From contig CAZPLA010000011.1 of NCBI GenBank assembly GCA_964587385.1, positions 1,030 through 65,029 on the forward strand: a stretch of 64,000 nucleotides of DNA, read 5' to 3'. The notes under the pieces were generated by a model that was not told the DNA's origin, did not search any database, and saw only the letters and a program-made list of their open reading frames with translations. The DNA is from an uncultured Dehalococcoidia bacterium (GTDB taxonomy: Bacteria > Chloroflexota > Dehalococcoidia > Lucifugimonadales > GCA-2712585). The position numbers and the translations under genes were made by a program. Positions 28,345 through 38,303 of the stretch are shown piece after piece; positions within the stretch are counted from its first letter, which is position 1; every line of letters begins with the position of its first letter.

Positions 28345-30789
28345 ATGATGGCAGAACAAATCTCGAAATTCTCCTTAGAGCTCTTCCATAGTATCCTCAA
28401 GCTAGAGAAGTCTAGGGGATTTGATGACAATACTGTGATCGGTGGTATAGATAAGTATATAGAAAGCTGGAAATCCGACATTTTAAAACTATTCAGCGAT
28501 CCTCCAGCAGTTCAAAAAGTGCTTGGGGAATCTTATTCAGCGTTACACCCTCAAAACAGACAAAATTGGGTTGAAAGTTGGTTAAATCTAATAGACCCCA
28601 TAGTTAATATTCGTAAAACCCCACAAACAAGAAAAAGGGAATCTAATTCAACTATCAATAACCAAAGTATTGATTCTTTAGTGACTGCATTAAAGGGGGT
28701 AGACTCAAAAACAGCGATAAAACTGAAACGAATTGGAGTAACTACGATTCGTGATATCTTGTATCTTTTCCCCCGCCGTCACTCCGACTACTCACATGTA
28801 TCAAAAATAGCAGATGTAAAACCAGGACAAGATATTACCATCAACGCAACTGTCTGGGAATCTAATCAAATACACCTAGGAAAAAACGGTAGGTTAAAAG
28901 CAACTCAGGCTGTGATAGGAGACGAAACGGGCAATATGAAGGTCATCTGGTTTGGCCAGCCTTATCTGGCAAAACAATTACGGCCTGGAACCAAACTCTC
29001 ACTAAGTGGCAAAATGGATGTCTTTAACAAGGCAAAAGTTCTTGAATCCCCCGACTACGAAATTATCACTCCTGGAACTCCTCTAATACACACTAATCGA
29101 TTGGTCCCTATTTATCCATTAACTGAAGGACTTACCGCACGCAACCTTCGACGCATTATTTGGAATGCTTTAGGCTTATGGGCCTCTTTAATAGAAGATT
29201 TTATGCCGTCTGACATATTAATTAGTGTGGGATTGCCCAACCTCCATACGGCTATTATGGATGCACATTTCCCACAAGATGAAATCTCATGGGAGACCGC
29301 CAGGAAAAGGCTTGCATTTGACGAGTTATTTCTCCTCATGACCATAATACAAATGCGGAGACAAACATGGCAGAAAGACGCATCGGGTGTTTCACTACAA
29401 AAAAATTCTGTCATTATTCAATCCTTTATAGACACTTTGCCCTTTTCATTGACAACATCTCAAGAGCAATGCATAACTGAAATAATTGGCGATATGGAAA
29501 CCGGAACCCCCTCCATGAGCCGACTACTTCAAGGGGAGGTAGGTAGCGGAAAGACATTAGTAGCTTTAGTCGCCTTATTCACAACCGTGTTGTCCGGCTA
29601 TCAAGGATCTATAATGGTTCCAACCGAAGTGCTAGCTCGACAACATTTCTCTACTATTTCTAATTTAATGTCTGGATTGTACAGCCCTCAAATTGAAGAG
29701 AATATGGTATCCGCCTCCCTAGATCCTCAATCCAAACCTATATCAGTTGGTCTTGTTACGGGAAGTACACCCAAACCAATCAAACGCAAAATTATAGGTA
29801 AATCTTCAATAGGGAAATTGGACATCATTCTGGGAACTCACTCTTTAATACAAGAAGAAGTTGAGATACCTAACTTAGCTCTTGCTATAGTAGATGAACA
29901 ACACAGATTCGGAGTAACTCAGCGTTCTCTCTTGCGTGGAAAAGGAAACACAACACCTCATTTGCTTGTCATGTCAGCCACTCCCATACCAAGAACTCTG
30001 GCTCTCACTCTATATGGTGATCTAGACATTTCCACCATTTCTCAATTGCCTCCTGGCAGACAAAAAATCCTTACCAGATGGGTTCCTCCGCATAAACGAG
30101 ATGCGGCCAATGATTTTATTAGAGGACAGATTCGCCTGGGCAGACAGGCTTTCATTATTTGCCCTCTTATAGAGGAATCCGAAACAATTGAGGCTAAAGC
30201 AGCTATAGTAGAATATGAACGATTGAGTGAAACAGTGTTCCCAGATCTTAGACTAGGGCTGCTACACGGTAAGATGTCATCAAGAGAAAAGGAAACTGTG
30301 ATGACTCAGTTTCATCAAGGAGAATTGGATATTTTGGTTTCCACTCCAGTTGTAGAAGTAGGGATCGATGTCCCTAATGCTACTATCATGATGATTGAGG
30401 CCGCCCATAGGTTTGGGTTATCACAGCTTCACCAATTCAGAGGCAGGGTAGGAAGAGGACAACATAAGAGTTACTGTTTCCTATTAGCAGAAGATCCATC
30501 ATCCATGGCCAGAGAACGCCTATCTGCAATAGAACAAATTCATGATGGTTTCCGCCTTGCTGAAGTGGACCTTTCTCTTAGAGGCCCAGGAGACCTTTTC
30601 GGTACCAGACAAAGCGGTCTGCCAAATTTGCGTATGGCCCGTTTATCTGATCAAGACATACTAGCAAAAGTTAAACAAGAATCTTTGAAAATATTGACCC
30701 TAGACCCAACCTTATCAATGGATAAACACAAACTAATTGCTAGGGAAATTTCGCGGTTCCAAGGGGATGCTGTCGGTGAAGCAAGCTGA
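28345..30789 (+). CDS. recG: ATP-dependent DNA helicase RecG (with a ~105-aa N-terminal extension)
   Basis: Contains GEVGSGKT, VDEQHRFG and QLHQFRGRVGRG. Confidence 0.9.
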   Translation: MMAEQISKFSLELFHSILKLEKSRGFDDNTVIGGIDKYIESWKSDILKLFSDPPAVQKVLGESYSALHPQNRQNWVESWLNLIDPIVNIRKTPQTRKRESNSTINNQSIDSLVTALKGVDSKTAIKLKRIGVTTIRDILYLFPRRHSDYSHVSKIADVKPGQDITINATVWESNQIHLGKNGRLKATQAVIGDETGNMKVIWFGQPYLAKQLRPGTKLSLSGKMDVFNKAKVLESPDYEIITPGTPLIHTNRLVPIYPLTEGLTARNLRRIIWNALGLWASLIEDFMPSDILISVGLPNLHTAIMDAHFPQDEISWETARKRLAFDELFLLMTIIQMRRQTWQKDASGVSLQKNSVIIQSFIDTLPFSLTTSQEQCITEIIGDMETGTPSMSRLLQGEVGSGKTLVALVALFTTVLSGYQGSIMVPTEVLARQHFSTISNLMSGLYSPQIEENMVSASLDPQSKPISVGLVTGSTPKPIKRKIIGKSSIGKLDIILGTHSLIQEEVEIPNLALAIVDEQHRFGVTQRSLLRGKGNTTPHLLVMSATPIPRTLALTLYGDLDISTISQLPPGRQKILTRWVPPHKRDAANDFIRGQIRLGRQAFIICPLIEESETIEAKAAIVEYERLSETVFPDLRLGLLHGKMSSREKETVMTQFHQGELDILVSTPVVEVGIDVPNATIMMIEAAHRFGLSQLHQFRGRVGRGQHKSYCFLLAEDPSSMARERLSAIEQIHDGFRLAEVDLSLRGPGDLFGTRQSGLPNLRMARLSDQDILAKVKQESLKILTLDPTLSMDKHKLIAREISRFQGDAVGEAS

Positions 30790-30894
30790 ACTCTTAATCG
30801 TTAAGAAAACTTAAAAGCCAACATATAACAATGCTCAACTTTTCGGTTATGTGGTAGCATAGTCATTACACTTAGGTATTCATCAAAAGTTTAT

Positions 30895-32571
30895 ATGGCA
30901 CAGCTAATCAAATATCTGCTCATAGATGGCCTTAATAAAGCAATAAAAAAGGCAATCTCGCAATCGTTAATCCCATTAAAAACCATACCTGAAATAGTAT
31001 TAGAGCGCCCTACACGGATAGAACATGGAGATTTTGCTACAAACTTACCCTTACGATTATCAAAGTCGACACAAATGCCACCAATGGAAATCGCCAACCT
31101 ATTATCACAACTAATACCTGATAAGGAAGAATTAGAGTCAATTACTGTAGCCAAACCTGGATTTATTAATTTCACACTAAACCAAGAATGGATTCAAAAA
31201 CAGGTGCCTCTGATACTGGCAGAAGGGGAATCCTTCGGGAATATCCGACCTAAGGTAAGTCGCAAAATATTGGTGGAATTTGTAAGTGTTAACCCTACAG
31301 GCCCTGTTCATGTTGGACATACACGAGGCGCAGTTTTAGGCAGCTCTTTATCAACCATCCTCGAGGCAGCGGGCCATTCTGTCACTCGCGAATATTATGT
31401 TAATGATGCTGGCACTCAGATGACACTTTTTTATCAATCCGTACTTGCTAGATATTTACAATCTTTGGGATTCCAAGCAGAGGTGCCAAATAATGGTTAT
31501 TCTGGAAGTTATATATCTGAACTAGCAGAACAAATCATCGTTCAAGAAGGTGAAAGATTTGTGCATCTAAGTAAACCTGACGCTATCAAAGAAATAGGGA
31601 CCATAGCAAGAAACCTTATGCTGAATAACATTAAGGATGCCTTGAAGAGCCTCAGAGTTGATTTCGATTCATGGTTCAAAGAACAATCACTGTTTGAGAA
31701 CAAAGAATATGATGAAGCGGTGAATTTGCTACAAACGAGAGGATATACAATACAAAAGGATGGCGCCTTATGGTTCACTTCTTCAGCTTTAGGCGACGAC
31801 AAAGACAATGTTTTAGTTCGCTCTAGTGGATTACCTACTTATTTTGCCAGTGACATTGCTTACCACCATAACAAATTAAAAAAACGTGCGTTTGATCAAG
31901 CTATAAATATTTGGGGAGCAGATCATCAAGGCCATGTTAATCGCATGAAAGCAGCGTTAACGGCTTTAGAAATAAACCAGGACAAACTCGATATTTTGAT
32001 ATCTCAAATGGTAACTCTGAAGCGTGGAAATTCTCTAATGAAGATTTCTAAGCGGTCAGGTGAATTCATAACTCTAAGTGAATTAGTTAACGAAGTGGGC
32101 CCGGATGCCTGTAGGTTTTTCTTTTTATCCCGTGCGCCCAGCACCCAAATGGATTTTGATCTTGACCTAGCCACCACAGAATCGTCTGAAAATCCTGTTT
32201 ACTATATCCAATATGGTCTTGCCAGAGTTAACAGCATTCTAGACAAAGCTATTGAATCTAGCCTTGATTGGAATAGTGGTGACATTTCTCTTCTTAAAGA
32301 TCCTACTGAACTCAGTCTAATAAAACAAATGCTCATGCTACCTGAACTAGTGGAAAAAGTAAGCAATACCCTCGAGCCTCACCACATCGCTCACTATTCA
32401 TTAGAATTGGCTACTGCTTTCCATTGGTTCTACGAAAACTGCCGCGTCTTATCAAATATACCATCTGACATGCCAGTTACCTTGGCCCGCTTAAAACTTG
32501 TAGCGGCCACACGCATCGTGCTAACAAAAGCATTAAAGTTGATGGGAATGTCTACTCCTAACAGAATGTAA
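30895..32571 (+). CDS. argS: Arginine--tRNA ligase
   Basis: PTGPVHVGHTRG (HIGH-type motif). Class I ArgRS layout over 558 aa. Confidence 0.95.
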   Translation: MAQLIKYLLIDGLNKAIKKAISQSLIPLKTIPEIVLERPTRIEHGDFATNLPLRLSKSTQMPPMEIANLLSQLIPDKEELESITVAKPGFINFTLNQEWIQKQVPLILAEGESFGNIRPKVSRKILVEFVSVNPTGPVHVGHTRGAVLGSSLSTILEAAGHSVTREYYVNDAGTQMTLFYQSVLARYLQSLGFQAEVPNNGYSGSYISELAEQIIVQEGERFVHLSKPDAIKEIGTIARNLMLNNIKDALKSLRVDFDSWFKEQSLFENKEYDEAVNLLQTRGYTIQKDGALWFTSSALGDDKDNVLVRSSGLPTYFASDIAYHHNKLKKRAFDQAINIWGADHQGHVNRMKAALTALEINQDKLDILISQMVTLKRGNSLMKISKRSGEFITLSELVNEVGPDACRFFFLSRAPSTQMDFDLDLATTESSENPVYYIQYGLARVNSILDKAIESSLDWNSGDISLLKDPTELSLIKQMLMLPELVEKVSNTLEPHHIAHYSLELATAFHWFYENCRVLSNIPSDMPVTLARLKLVAATRIVLTKALKLMGMSTPNRM

Positions 32572-32602
32572 TCCCACGACACATTATCTACCAGTGTTAA
32601 GG

Positions 32603-33562
32603 TTATAGGTCCAATATAACTTTTATTATACCGTCACTACGAGATTCATACATTTCAAAAGCCTTTTGGATATCCTCAACAGGCATTTTATGTGTAATTA
32701 AAAAATTTGGATCTATCCTATCTTGGTGAACCATATCTACAGCATGCTTCACATAGCGATGCATATTCCCTGAACGCGTGCTTGAAGTAGATATTATAGT
32801 AAGATCATTATCTCTAATATACCTAAAATCAAACCTAAAATTAGGATCCGTTGTAATCCCAAACCAAATAACAGTGCCAAACTTTCTAGCGAGAAGTACC
32901 GATTGTTGAACAGCCAAATTCTCACCAGCTGCCTCTACCACCACATCAGCTCCATGACCATTTGTCAATTCTTTAACCTTTTCCAAAACATCATCGCAAT
33001 TCGAATTAATGGTGCAAGAAGCGCCCATATCTCTAGCCACATCCAGCCTATAATCCTCTAAATCTACAGCTATTAATTGCCTCAGGTTCATGCCACTCAT
33101 CAACTTTGTGAACCCAAGACCAATTGCTCCTTGTCCTAAAATAACCACATTTTTATCTATCAAATCTCCCATTCGACTTATGGAATACAACACAGTGCCA
33201 AGTGGCTGACACATGAGCCAGGCGTCAAGAGAACCTTGTTCTGGCAATACTACCAATGCTGAGGGCGGAACTGATATGTATTCCTTTAATCCCCCTTGCC
33301 CATAAGGGAATGCTATGACCTGGTCTCCTATATCAAACTTTCCAGATGAGATATTGACTATCTCTCCAACCACTTCATGAATCGGGCGTCCCGGGGAAAG
33401 TGGATACTGTTCCTCTGGAAAAACTGTCCTGAAAGCCCTAATATCACTGCCACATATTGAGACCTTATTAACCTTTACTAGGACCTCTCCTTCTATAGAG
33501 GAGGTAGTTGGAGTCTCAATCAATTTGATTTGTCTTGGCCCTATCATTTGAGCCGCTTTCAT
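32603..33562 (-). CDS. Zinc-type medium-chain alcohol/polyol dehydrogenase
   Basis: Contains VSICGSDIRAF, HEVVGE and the Rossmann motif ILGQGAIGLG. Confidence 0.8.
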   Translation of the reverse strand: MKAAQMIGPRQIKLIETPTTSSIEGEVLVKVNKVSICGSDIRAFRTVFPEEQYPLSPGRPIHEVVGEIVNISSGKFDIGDQVIAFPYGQGGLKEYISVPPSALVVLPEQGSLDAWLMCQPLGTVLYSISRMGDLIDKNVVILGQGAIGLGFTKLMSGMNLRQLIAVDLEDYRLDVARDMGASCTINSNCDDVLEKVKELTNGHGADVVVEAAGENLAVQQSVLLARKFGTVIWFGITTDPNFRFDFRYIRDNDLTIISTSSTRSGNMHRYVKHAVDMVHQDRIDPNFLITHKMPVEDIQKAFEMYESRSDGIIKVILDL

Positions 33563-33614
33563 AAGACCTCCTCATCGCATATCGATATCGCATTCCTAAT
33601 GATATAACCAAAGT

Positions 33615-34862
33615 CTAATTATTGCGGTTGATGAATTCATCAACCGCTACCACCTCTTGCTCACCATTAGTCATATTTTTGATCACCAGAGTTCCGTTAG
33701 AGATTTCATCTTCTCCAATAATTATTACTTTTGCCACCCCAAGAGTATTAGCATTACGCATCTGGCCTCGTAAACTGCGATCACTCGGGCCTACAATAAC
33801 GCTTCCGCCATCTTTACGAATTGAAGAAGCAAGTTTTACAGCCTCACTAACTACGCTTTGATCTAATGCAATAATCATATATTCAATTGGTTCTTCCTTA
33901 TCAACTGAGACGGATTGATCTTCAAGATTAAGAATTATTCGTTCTATTCCAGTGGCAAATCCTACGCCTGGAGTTGGCTTCCCTCCTAATCTTTCAATTA
34001 ACCCATCATATCTGCCTCCACCCAATATAGTGCTCTGGGAGCCCCCTCCAGCAGGAATGATTTCAAATACCGTACGGGAATAATAGTCTAATCCACGCAC
34101 TAATTTATGGTCCACTGTAAACGGAATGCCGATGATTTCTAGATATTCTTGCAACTTGGTCCAGTGTTCATTACATGCAATACATAAATGCTTATGCGAT
34201 GCTGGGGCCATCTTCTGTAAAGGTTGGCATAAATCCTGTTTGCAATCTAACAACCTTAAAGGATTTCGCTTAAGTCTATTTCTACATTCTTCGCAAATAC
34301 TATCTATGTGTTCCTCATAATACTTCTTGAGCAATCTCACATATTGGGGGCGGCAATTATTGTCGCCAATGCTGTTAATTGAAAGCCTTAAGCCAGTCAA
34401 TCCCAAATTTGACACCAACGCCCAACCACATTCAATTACTTCAACATCTACCAATGGACTGTCACTCCCTATCACTTCAATCCCAAATTGGTGATGTTGA
34501 CGATATCGGCCTTTTTGAGGGCGATCATAACGAAAAACAGGAGAAAAATAATAAAGCCTCACTGGTTGAGGAAGATTGCCCATTCCATGCTCCAAGTAGG
34601 CACGACAAACCGGAGCTGTCCCTTCAGGTCGTAAAGTCAGATAATCGTTTCCCCTATCCTGAAAAGTATACGTTTCTTTGTCCATAACATCTGTATCCTC
34701 ACCTACAGTTCTTACAAACAAATCTGATTCTTCAAAAACAGGGGTGTCAATTCTCTTATAGGCAAACCTGCGTGTCAGCTCAACAGCTTTATCCTCAACA
34801 TATCTCCAATATCTTTGGGCTGTTGGCAAACGATCATTAGTTCCTCTAGGTGCTCGATACAC
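33615..34862 (-). CDS. hisS: Histidine--tRNA ligase
   Basis: FRYDRPQKGRYRQHHQFGIEVIG (motif 2) and GGGRYDGL (motif 3). GTG start. Confidence 0.95.
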   Translation of the reverse strand: MYRAPRGTNDRLPTAQRYWRYVEDKAVELTRRFAYKRIDTPVFEESDLFVRTVGEDTDVMDKETYTFQDRGNDYLTLRPEGTAPVCRAYLEHGMGNLPQPVRLYYFSPVFRYDRPQKGRYRQHHQFGIEVIGSDSPLVDVEVIECGWALVSNLGLTGLRLSINSIGDNNCRPQYVRLLKKYYEEHIDSICEECRNRLKRNPLRLLDCKQDLCQPLQKMAPASHKHLCIACNEHWTKLQEYLEIIGIPFTVDHKLVRGLDYYSRTVFEIIPAGGGSQSTILGGGRYDGLIERLGGKPTPGVGFATGIERIILNLEDQSVSVDKEEPIEYMIIALDQSVVSEAVKLASSIRKDGGSVIVGPSDRSLRGQMRNANTLGVAKVIIIGEDEISNGTLVIKNMTNGEQEVVAVDEFINRNN

Positions 34863-34966
34863 TATGATTCCTCCCTTACGGAGTAGGATATCGCAGGCCC
34901 CATACGCTGTAAAGCAATATTAACGGTATAGACTAAAATACTCTTCCGGTCTTATCATAGACTATT

Positions 34967-36172
34967 ATGACTACGCAAACGTCAACACTAAAAAGTAAAA
35001 CCCTGCTAGAGGAAATCAGGAAATATCTCCCTCAAGAGAAAAGTGCTCAAGTCGGAGAAGCATTAACGTATGCATTTCAATGCCATAAGGGTCAAAAGCG
35101 AGATTCTGGTGCACCATACATAGAACATCCCCTAAATACAGCATTATTGTTAGCGGAGATGCGCCTGGATGCTACTGCATTGTGTGCTGCACTCTTACAT
35201 GATGTGATAGAAGATTGTGAAGTGACGATTGAGGAACTAACAGCACGATTTGGGCCCGATGTATCCAAATTGGTGGATGGTGTAACTAAATTGACACGCA
35301 TGGAAATAAACGAAGTAAATATGCCATCTGTTTTAACCATCGAAGATCGCCTTAATGTCGAGACCCTACGTAAAATGCTTGTGGCAATGGCGGAGGATAT
35401 CCGTGTAGTACTCATCAAACTCGCAGACAGATTACACAACATGTTTACATTAAATTTTTTGTCTCCGCAGAGACAAAAATCAATTGCTCAGGAAACGTTA
35501 GATATTTATGCTCCATTAGCACACAGACTTGGAATTTGGGATATCAAATGGCAATTAGAAGACTTGTCGTTTCGATATTTGAAACCTCTAGAATACCGTC
35601 AAATTTCCAAGATGATATCTATAAAGAGAGTACAAAGAGAGGAAGTTGTAGGTGAACTTAGGCAGGTTTTACTGGATGAACTGGGAAGAATGAAAGTGGA
35701 AGCTGAAGTAATTGGTAGAGTTAAACATATATATAGTATTTACCAAAAAGGAAAAAAATATTCGGAACTTGGTAAAACCTTTAATGATATATATGACCTA
35801 TATGCTATAAGAGTTTTAGTTAATACAAATACGGACTGCTATCAAGCGTTAGGAGTGATACATAACCTCTGGAGACCTATTCCCGGACAATTTGATGATT
35901 ATATAGCTAATCCCAAAGAGAATCTCTACCAATCACTTCATACAACCGTTATGTGCAAGGGTTCTATAGCTCTAGAAGTGCAAATACGCACTCACGATAT
36001 GCACCATTTAGCGGAATACGGAGTGGCATCACACTGGCGCTACAAAGAGGGCCTTGAAAATGATGTTAGATTTGAAGAAAAAATGACCTGGTTACGCCAA
36101 TTATTAGAATGGCCCAGAGATATAGTGGGGACCGATGAGTTTCTTGAATCAATTAAAACATATATATTCTAA
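34967..36172 (+). CDS. rel: Rel (RelA/SpoT) N-terminal half: HD hydrolase plus (p)ppGpp synthetase domains, ended by in-frame TAA
   Basis: [12 protein letters not shown]...LLHDVIED (HD domain), then YAIRVLV...YQSLHTTV...[10 protein letters not shown] (synthetase domain). It stops at [10 protein letters not shown]. Confidence 0.85.
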   Translation: [401 protein letters not shown]

Positions 36173-36205
36173 TACCAGGTATTCGTATATTGACCTAAGG
36201 GCGAC

Positions 36206-37153
36206 GTGAAGGAATTGCCAGCTGGAGCAACTCCTTTGGATTTTGCATATAGAATCCATACTGAGTTAGGCCATAGGTGTATAGGAGCAAAGGTTAATGG
36301 CAAATTGACATCTTTAGATTATCAACTCAAAAACGGTGACACTGTTGAAATAATGACTACCAAAATTGCAAAAGGACCGAGTTTGGACTGGCTCAATTCC
36401 AACTTGGGATATATTCACACCACAAGTGCTCGTAACAGCGTGAGACAATGGTTCAGAAAACAACGAAGAAGTACCAACATCCAAACAGGAAGAGACCTCA
36501 TACGCAAAGCATCGAAACGCCTGAATATGAAAATTGACGAACGTAGTATGGCTGCACTATTTAAGGTTGCTACTGGAGACGAGTTTCTCCTGGCAATAGG
36601 GTCTGGAACTATAACTATAAATCAAGTAATCAACAAACTTACAGCTGAAGAATCAAAAGTAGTAGGCAATAGACCAATCCAAACTCCAGTTGTCAACCCA
36701 ATCCCAGGAATCAGTGTGCTAGGAGTCGAAGATATATTAACCCGCATTGGCAGATGTTGTAACCCGCTACCTGGCAATGAAATTATTGGATTCATTACAA
36801 GAACAAAGGGAATTACTATTCACAAAAGTACCTGCCATAGTGTTCAAACAGAAGATGAGCCAGAGAGATTAATAGAAGTGCAATGGAATCCAAAACAGCG
36901 ACTGTATCCCGTTTCTATAGAAATCCATGGTCACGACAGAGTAGGACTACTTAGTGACATTACTGCAAAATTGTCCGCAGAAGGGGTTAATATTGCTACC
37001 GTATCAACCAAAGAGAATACAGATGGTGGCGCAACAATATCTTTAACTATACACACAAGTGGATTAGAACAGCTAAGCAGGCTTTTTACCAAGCTTGAAA
37101 CTATTAAAGGAGTAACCAATACAAATCGAATTACTGTCCAAGCAAAAGAATAA
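36206..37153 (+). CDS. rel: Rel (RelA/SpoT) C-terminal half: TGS (lacking its first strand), helical, Cys-rich and ACT domains. Same frame as the N-terminal half
   Basis: [30 protein letters not shown] (TGS), [30 protein letters not shown] (zinc-finger domain) and an ACT-like C-terminus. 36206-34967 = 1239 = 3 x 413. Confidence 0.75.
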   Translation: [315 protein letters not shown]

Positions 37154-37236
37154 TTTCTAAACAACCCTTTACACTCATCACAGAGTGGTTATAATGTAAA
37201 ACCTAAATACAAAAATTGACTCGCAAGGGGGCCCCA

Positions 37237-37491
37237 TTGCCGTCCGAGAAATCAGAACGATCTTCAAAAAGAAAACAGGTACGTAACCGTGGCATAAGAT
37301 CTACAACGAGGACCTTTATCGCGAAAGCGAGAAATGCTATAGAAGCTGGAGATCAAGAACTCGCTTCGAATACAGTTGGGCAAGCTATCAAATCTTTGGA
37401 CAAAGCGGCAAAACGCGGAGTTATACACTCTAATAACGCGGCCCGCAGAAAATCGAGACTCGCAAAAAAACTTAACTCCATTTCTAAATAA
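37237..37491 (+). CDS. rpsT: 30S ribosomal protein S20
   Basis: Basic N-terminus PSEKSERSSKRKQVRNR, then LDKAAKRGVIHSNNAARRKSRLAKKL. I prefer the TTG at 37237, which lies 6 nt after AAGGGG, over the tracked start at 37216. Confidence 0.85.
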   Translation: MPSEKSERSSKRKQVRNRGIRSTTRTFIAKARNAIEAGDQELASNTVGQAIKSLDKAAKRGVIHSNNAARRKSRLAKKLNSISK

Positions 37492-37545
37492 CAACTGCAA
37501 TCCAATTAAAATGTAAGCACTCTCCACTAGTCTTGGCTTTAAACC

Positions 37546-37574
37546 TTGACATCAACCAAGCCCCATGCTACTTT
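37546..37574 (+). promoter_or_regulatory. lexA promoter candidate TTGACA-N17-TACTTT
   Basis: A perfect -35 hexamer lies at 37546-37551; this is the TTG that the ORF track uses as a start codon. The -10 candidate is at 37569-37574. Confidence 0.5.
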
Positions 37575-37579
37575 CGCTA

Positions 37580-37591
37580 GAACATTAGTTC
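37580..37591. promoter_or_regulatory. SOS box (Cheo-type LexA operator) GAACATTAGTTC
   Basis: A perfect GAAC-N4-GTTC palindrome (tAGAACATTAGTTCAt) lies 12 nt upstream of the lexA ATG. Confidence 0.8.
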
Positions 37592-37602
37592 ATGGACTAA
37601 CA

Positions 37603-38250
37603 ATGCGTGCAAGAAAGAAATTATCCATAAAACAAGAACGTATACTTTCCTTCATTCATAAAGCAATGACGGATAATGTGCTACCTACTACGGTGAGAGA
37701 TATTCAAAAAGCTTGTGGCCTAAGTTCCACTTCCGTAGTAAATTACAATCTAAGAATATTACAGATGCAAGGACATCTCCGTAGACATCCCGACGTAGCT
37801 AGAGGAATCGAATTGCTCGATAAATTGGGTAACTCGGTGAGCACTATGCCCCAAGTAGCCGTCATGGGCTATATTGCAGCCGGGGAACCTCTCCCAGGTC
37901 CATCTAATGATGGTTGGAACGATGAACCAATGGAAACCATTGAAGTCCCTCGTAATCTCATGAAGCCAGGTAAAGTTCTATATGCTCTTAAAGTAAAAGG
38001 CCAATCAATGATTGATGCCTTTATCGATGATGGTGATGTAGTACTATTAGAAAAAACAAGCCAGGCAAAAAATGGAGACATGGTGGCGGCATGGCTCATA
38101 CTTGAACAAGAGGCAACCCTGAAACGTTTTTATCAGGAAGGCCCTAAGGTAACGCTTAAACCCGAAAATAGCTCGATGAAAGCTATTTATACTGACGCAT
38201 CAAACATGGAAATCCATGGAAAAGTAACAGCAGTACTCAGGACTTTATAG
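37603..38250 (+). CDS. lexA: LexA repressor
   Basis: N-terminal winged-helix domain (LSIKQERILSFI...). Cleavage and catalytic motifs are present (YIAAGEP, VKGQSMIDA, ATLKRF). The start is moved to the ATG at 37603, downstream of the promoter and operator. Confidence 0.9.
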   Translation: MRARKKLSIKQERILSFIHKAMTDNVLPTTVRDIQKACGLSSTSVVNYNLRILQMQGHLRRHPDVARGIELLDKLGNSVSTMPQVAVMGYIAAGEPLPGPSNDGWNDEPMETIEVPRNLMKPGKVLYALKVKGQSMIDAFIDDGDVVLLEKTSQAKNGDMVAAWLILEQEATLKRFYQEGPKVTLKPENSSMKAIYTDASNMEIHGKVTAVLRTL

Positions 38251-38303
38251 TTAGGTCATCAGTTTAGTATCCATTATCAGCAGCCCTAGTTAGATCACCT
38301 CGT

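Noticed and set aside
28345-28680. RecG N-terminal ~105-aa extension as a novel domain
   Set aside because: N-terminal extensions of RecG are known in some lineages (for example Thermotoga). The sequence itself marks nothing special.
36191-36193. In-frame TGA in rel read as selenocysteine, since selB is present
   Set aside because: A TAA stop lies seven codons upstream in the same frame. The TGA replaces a conserved Thr in a beta strand rather than a redox Cys. I saw no obvious hairpin immediately downstream.
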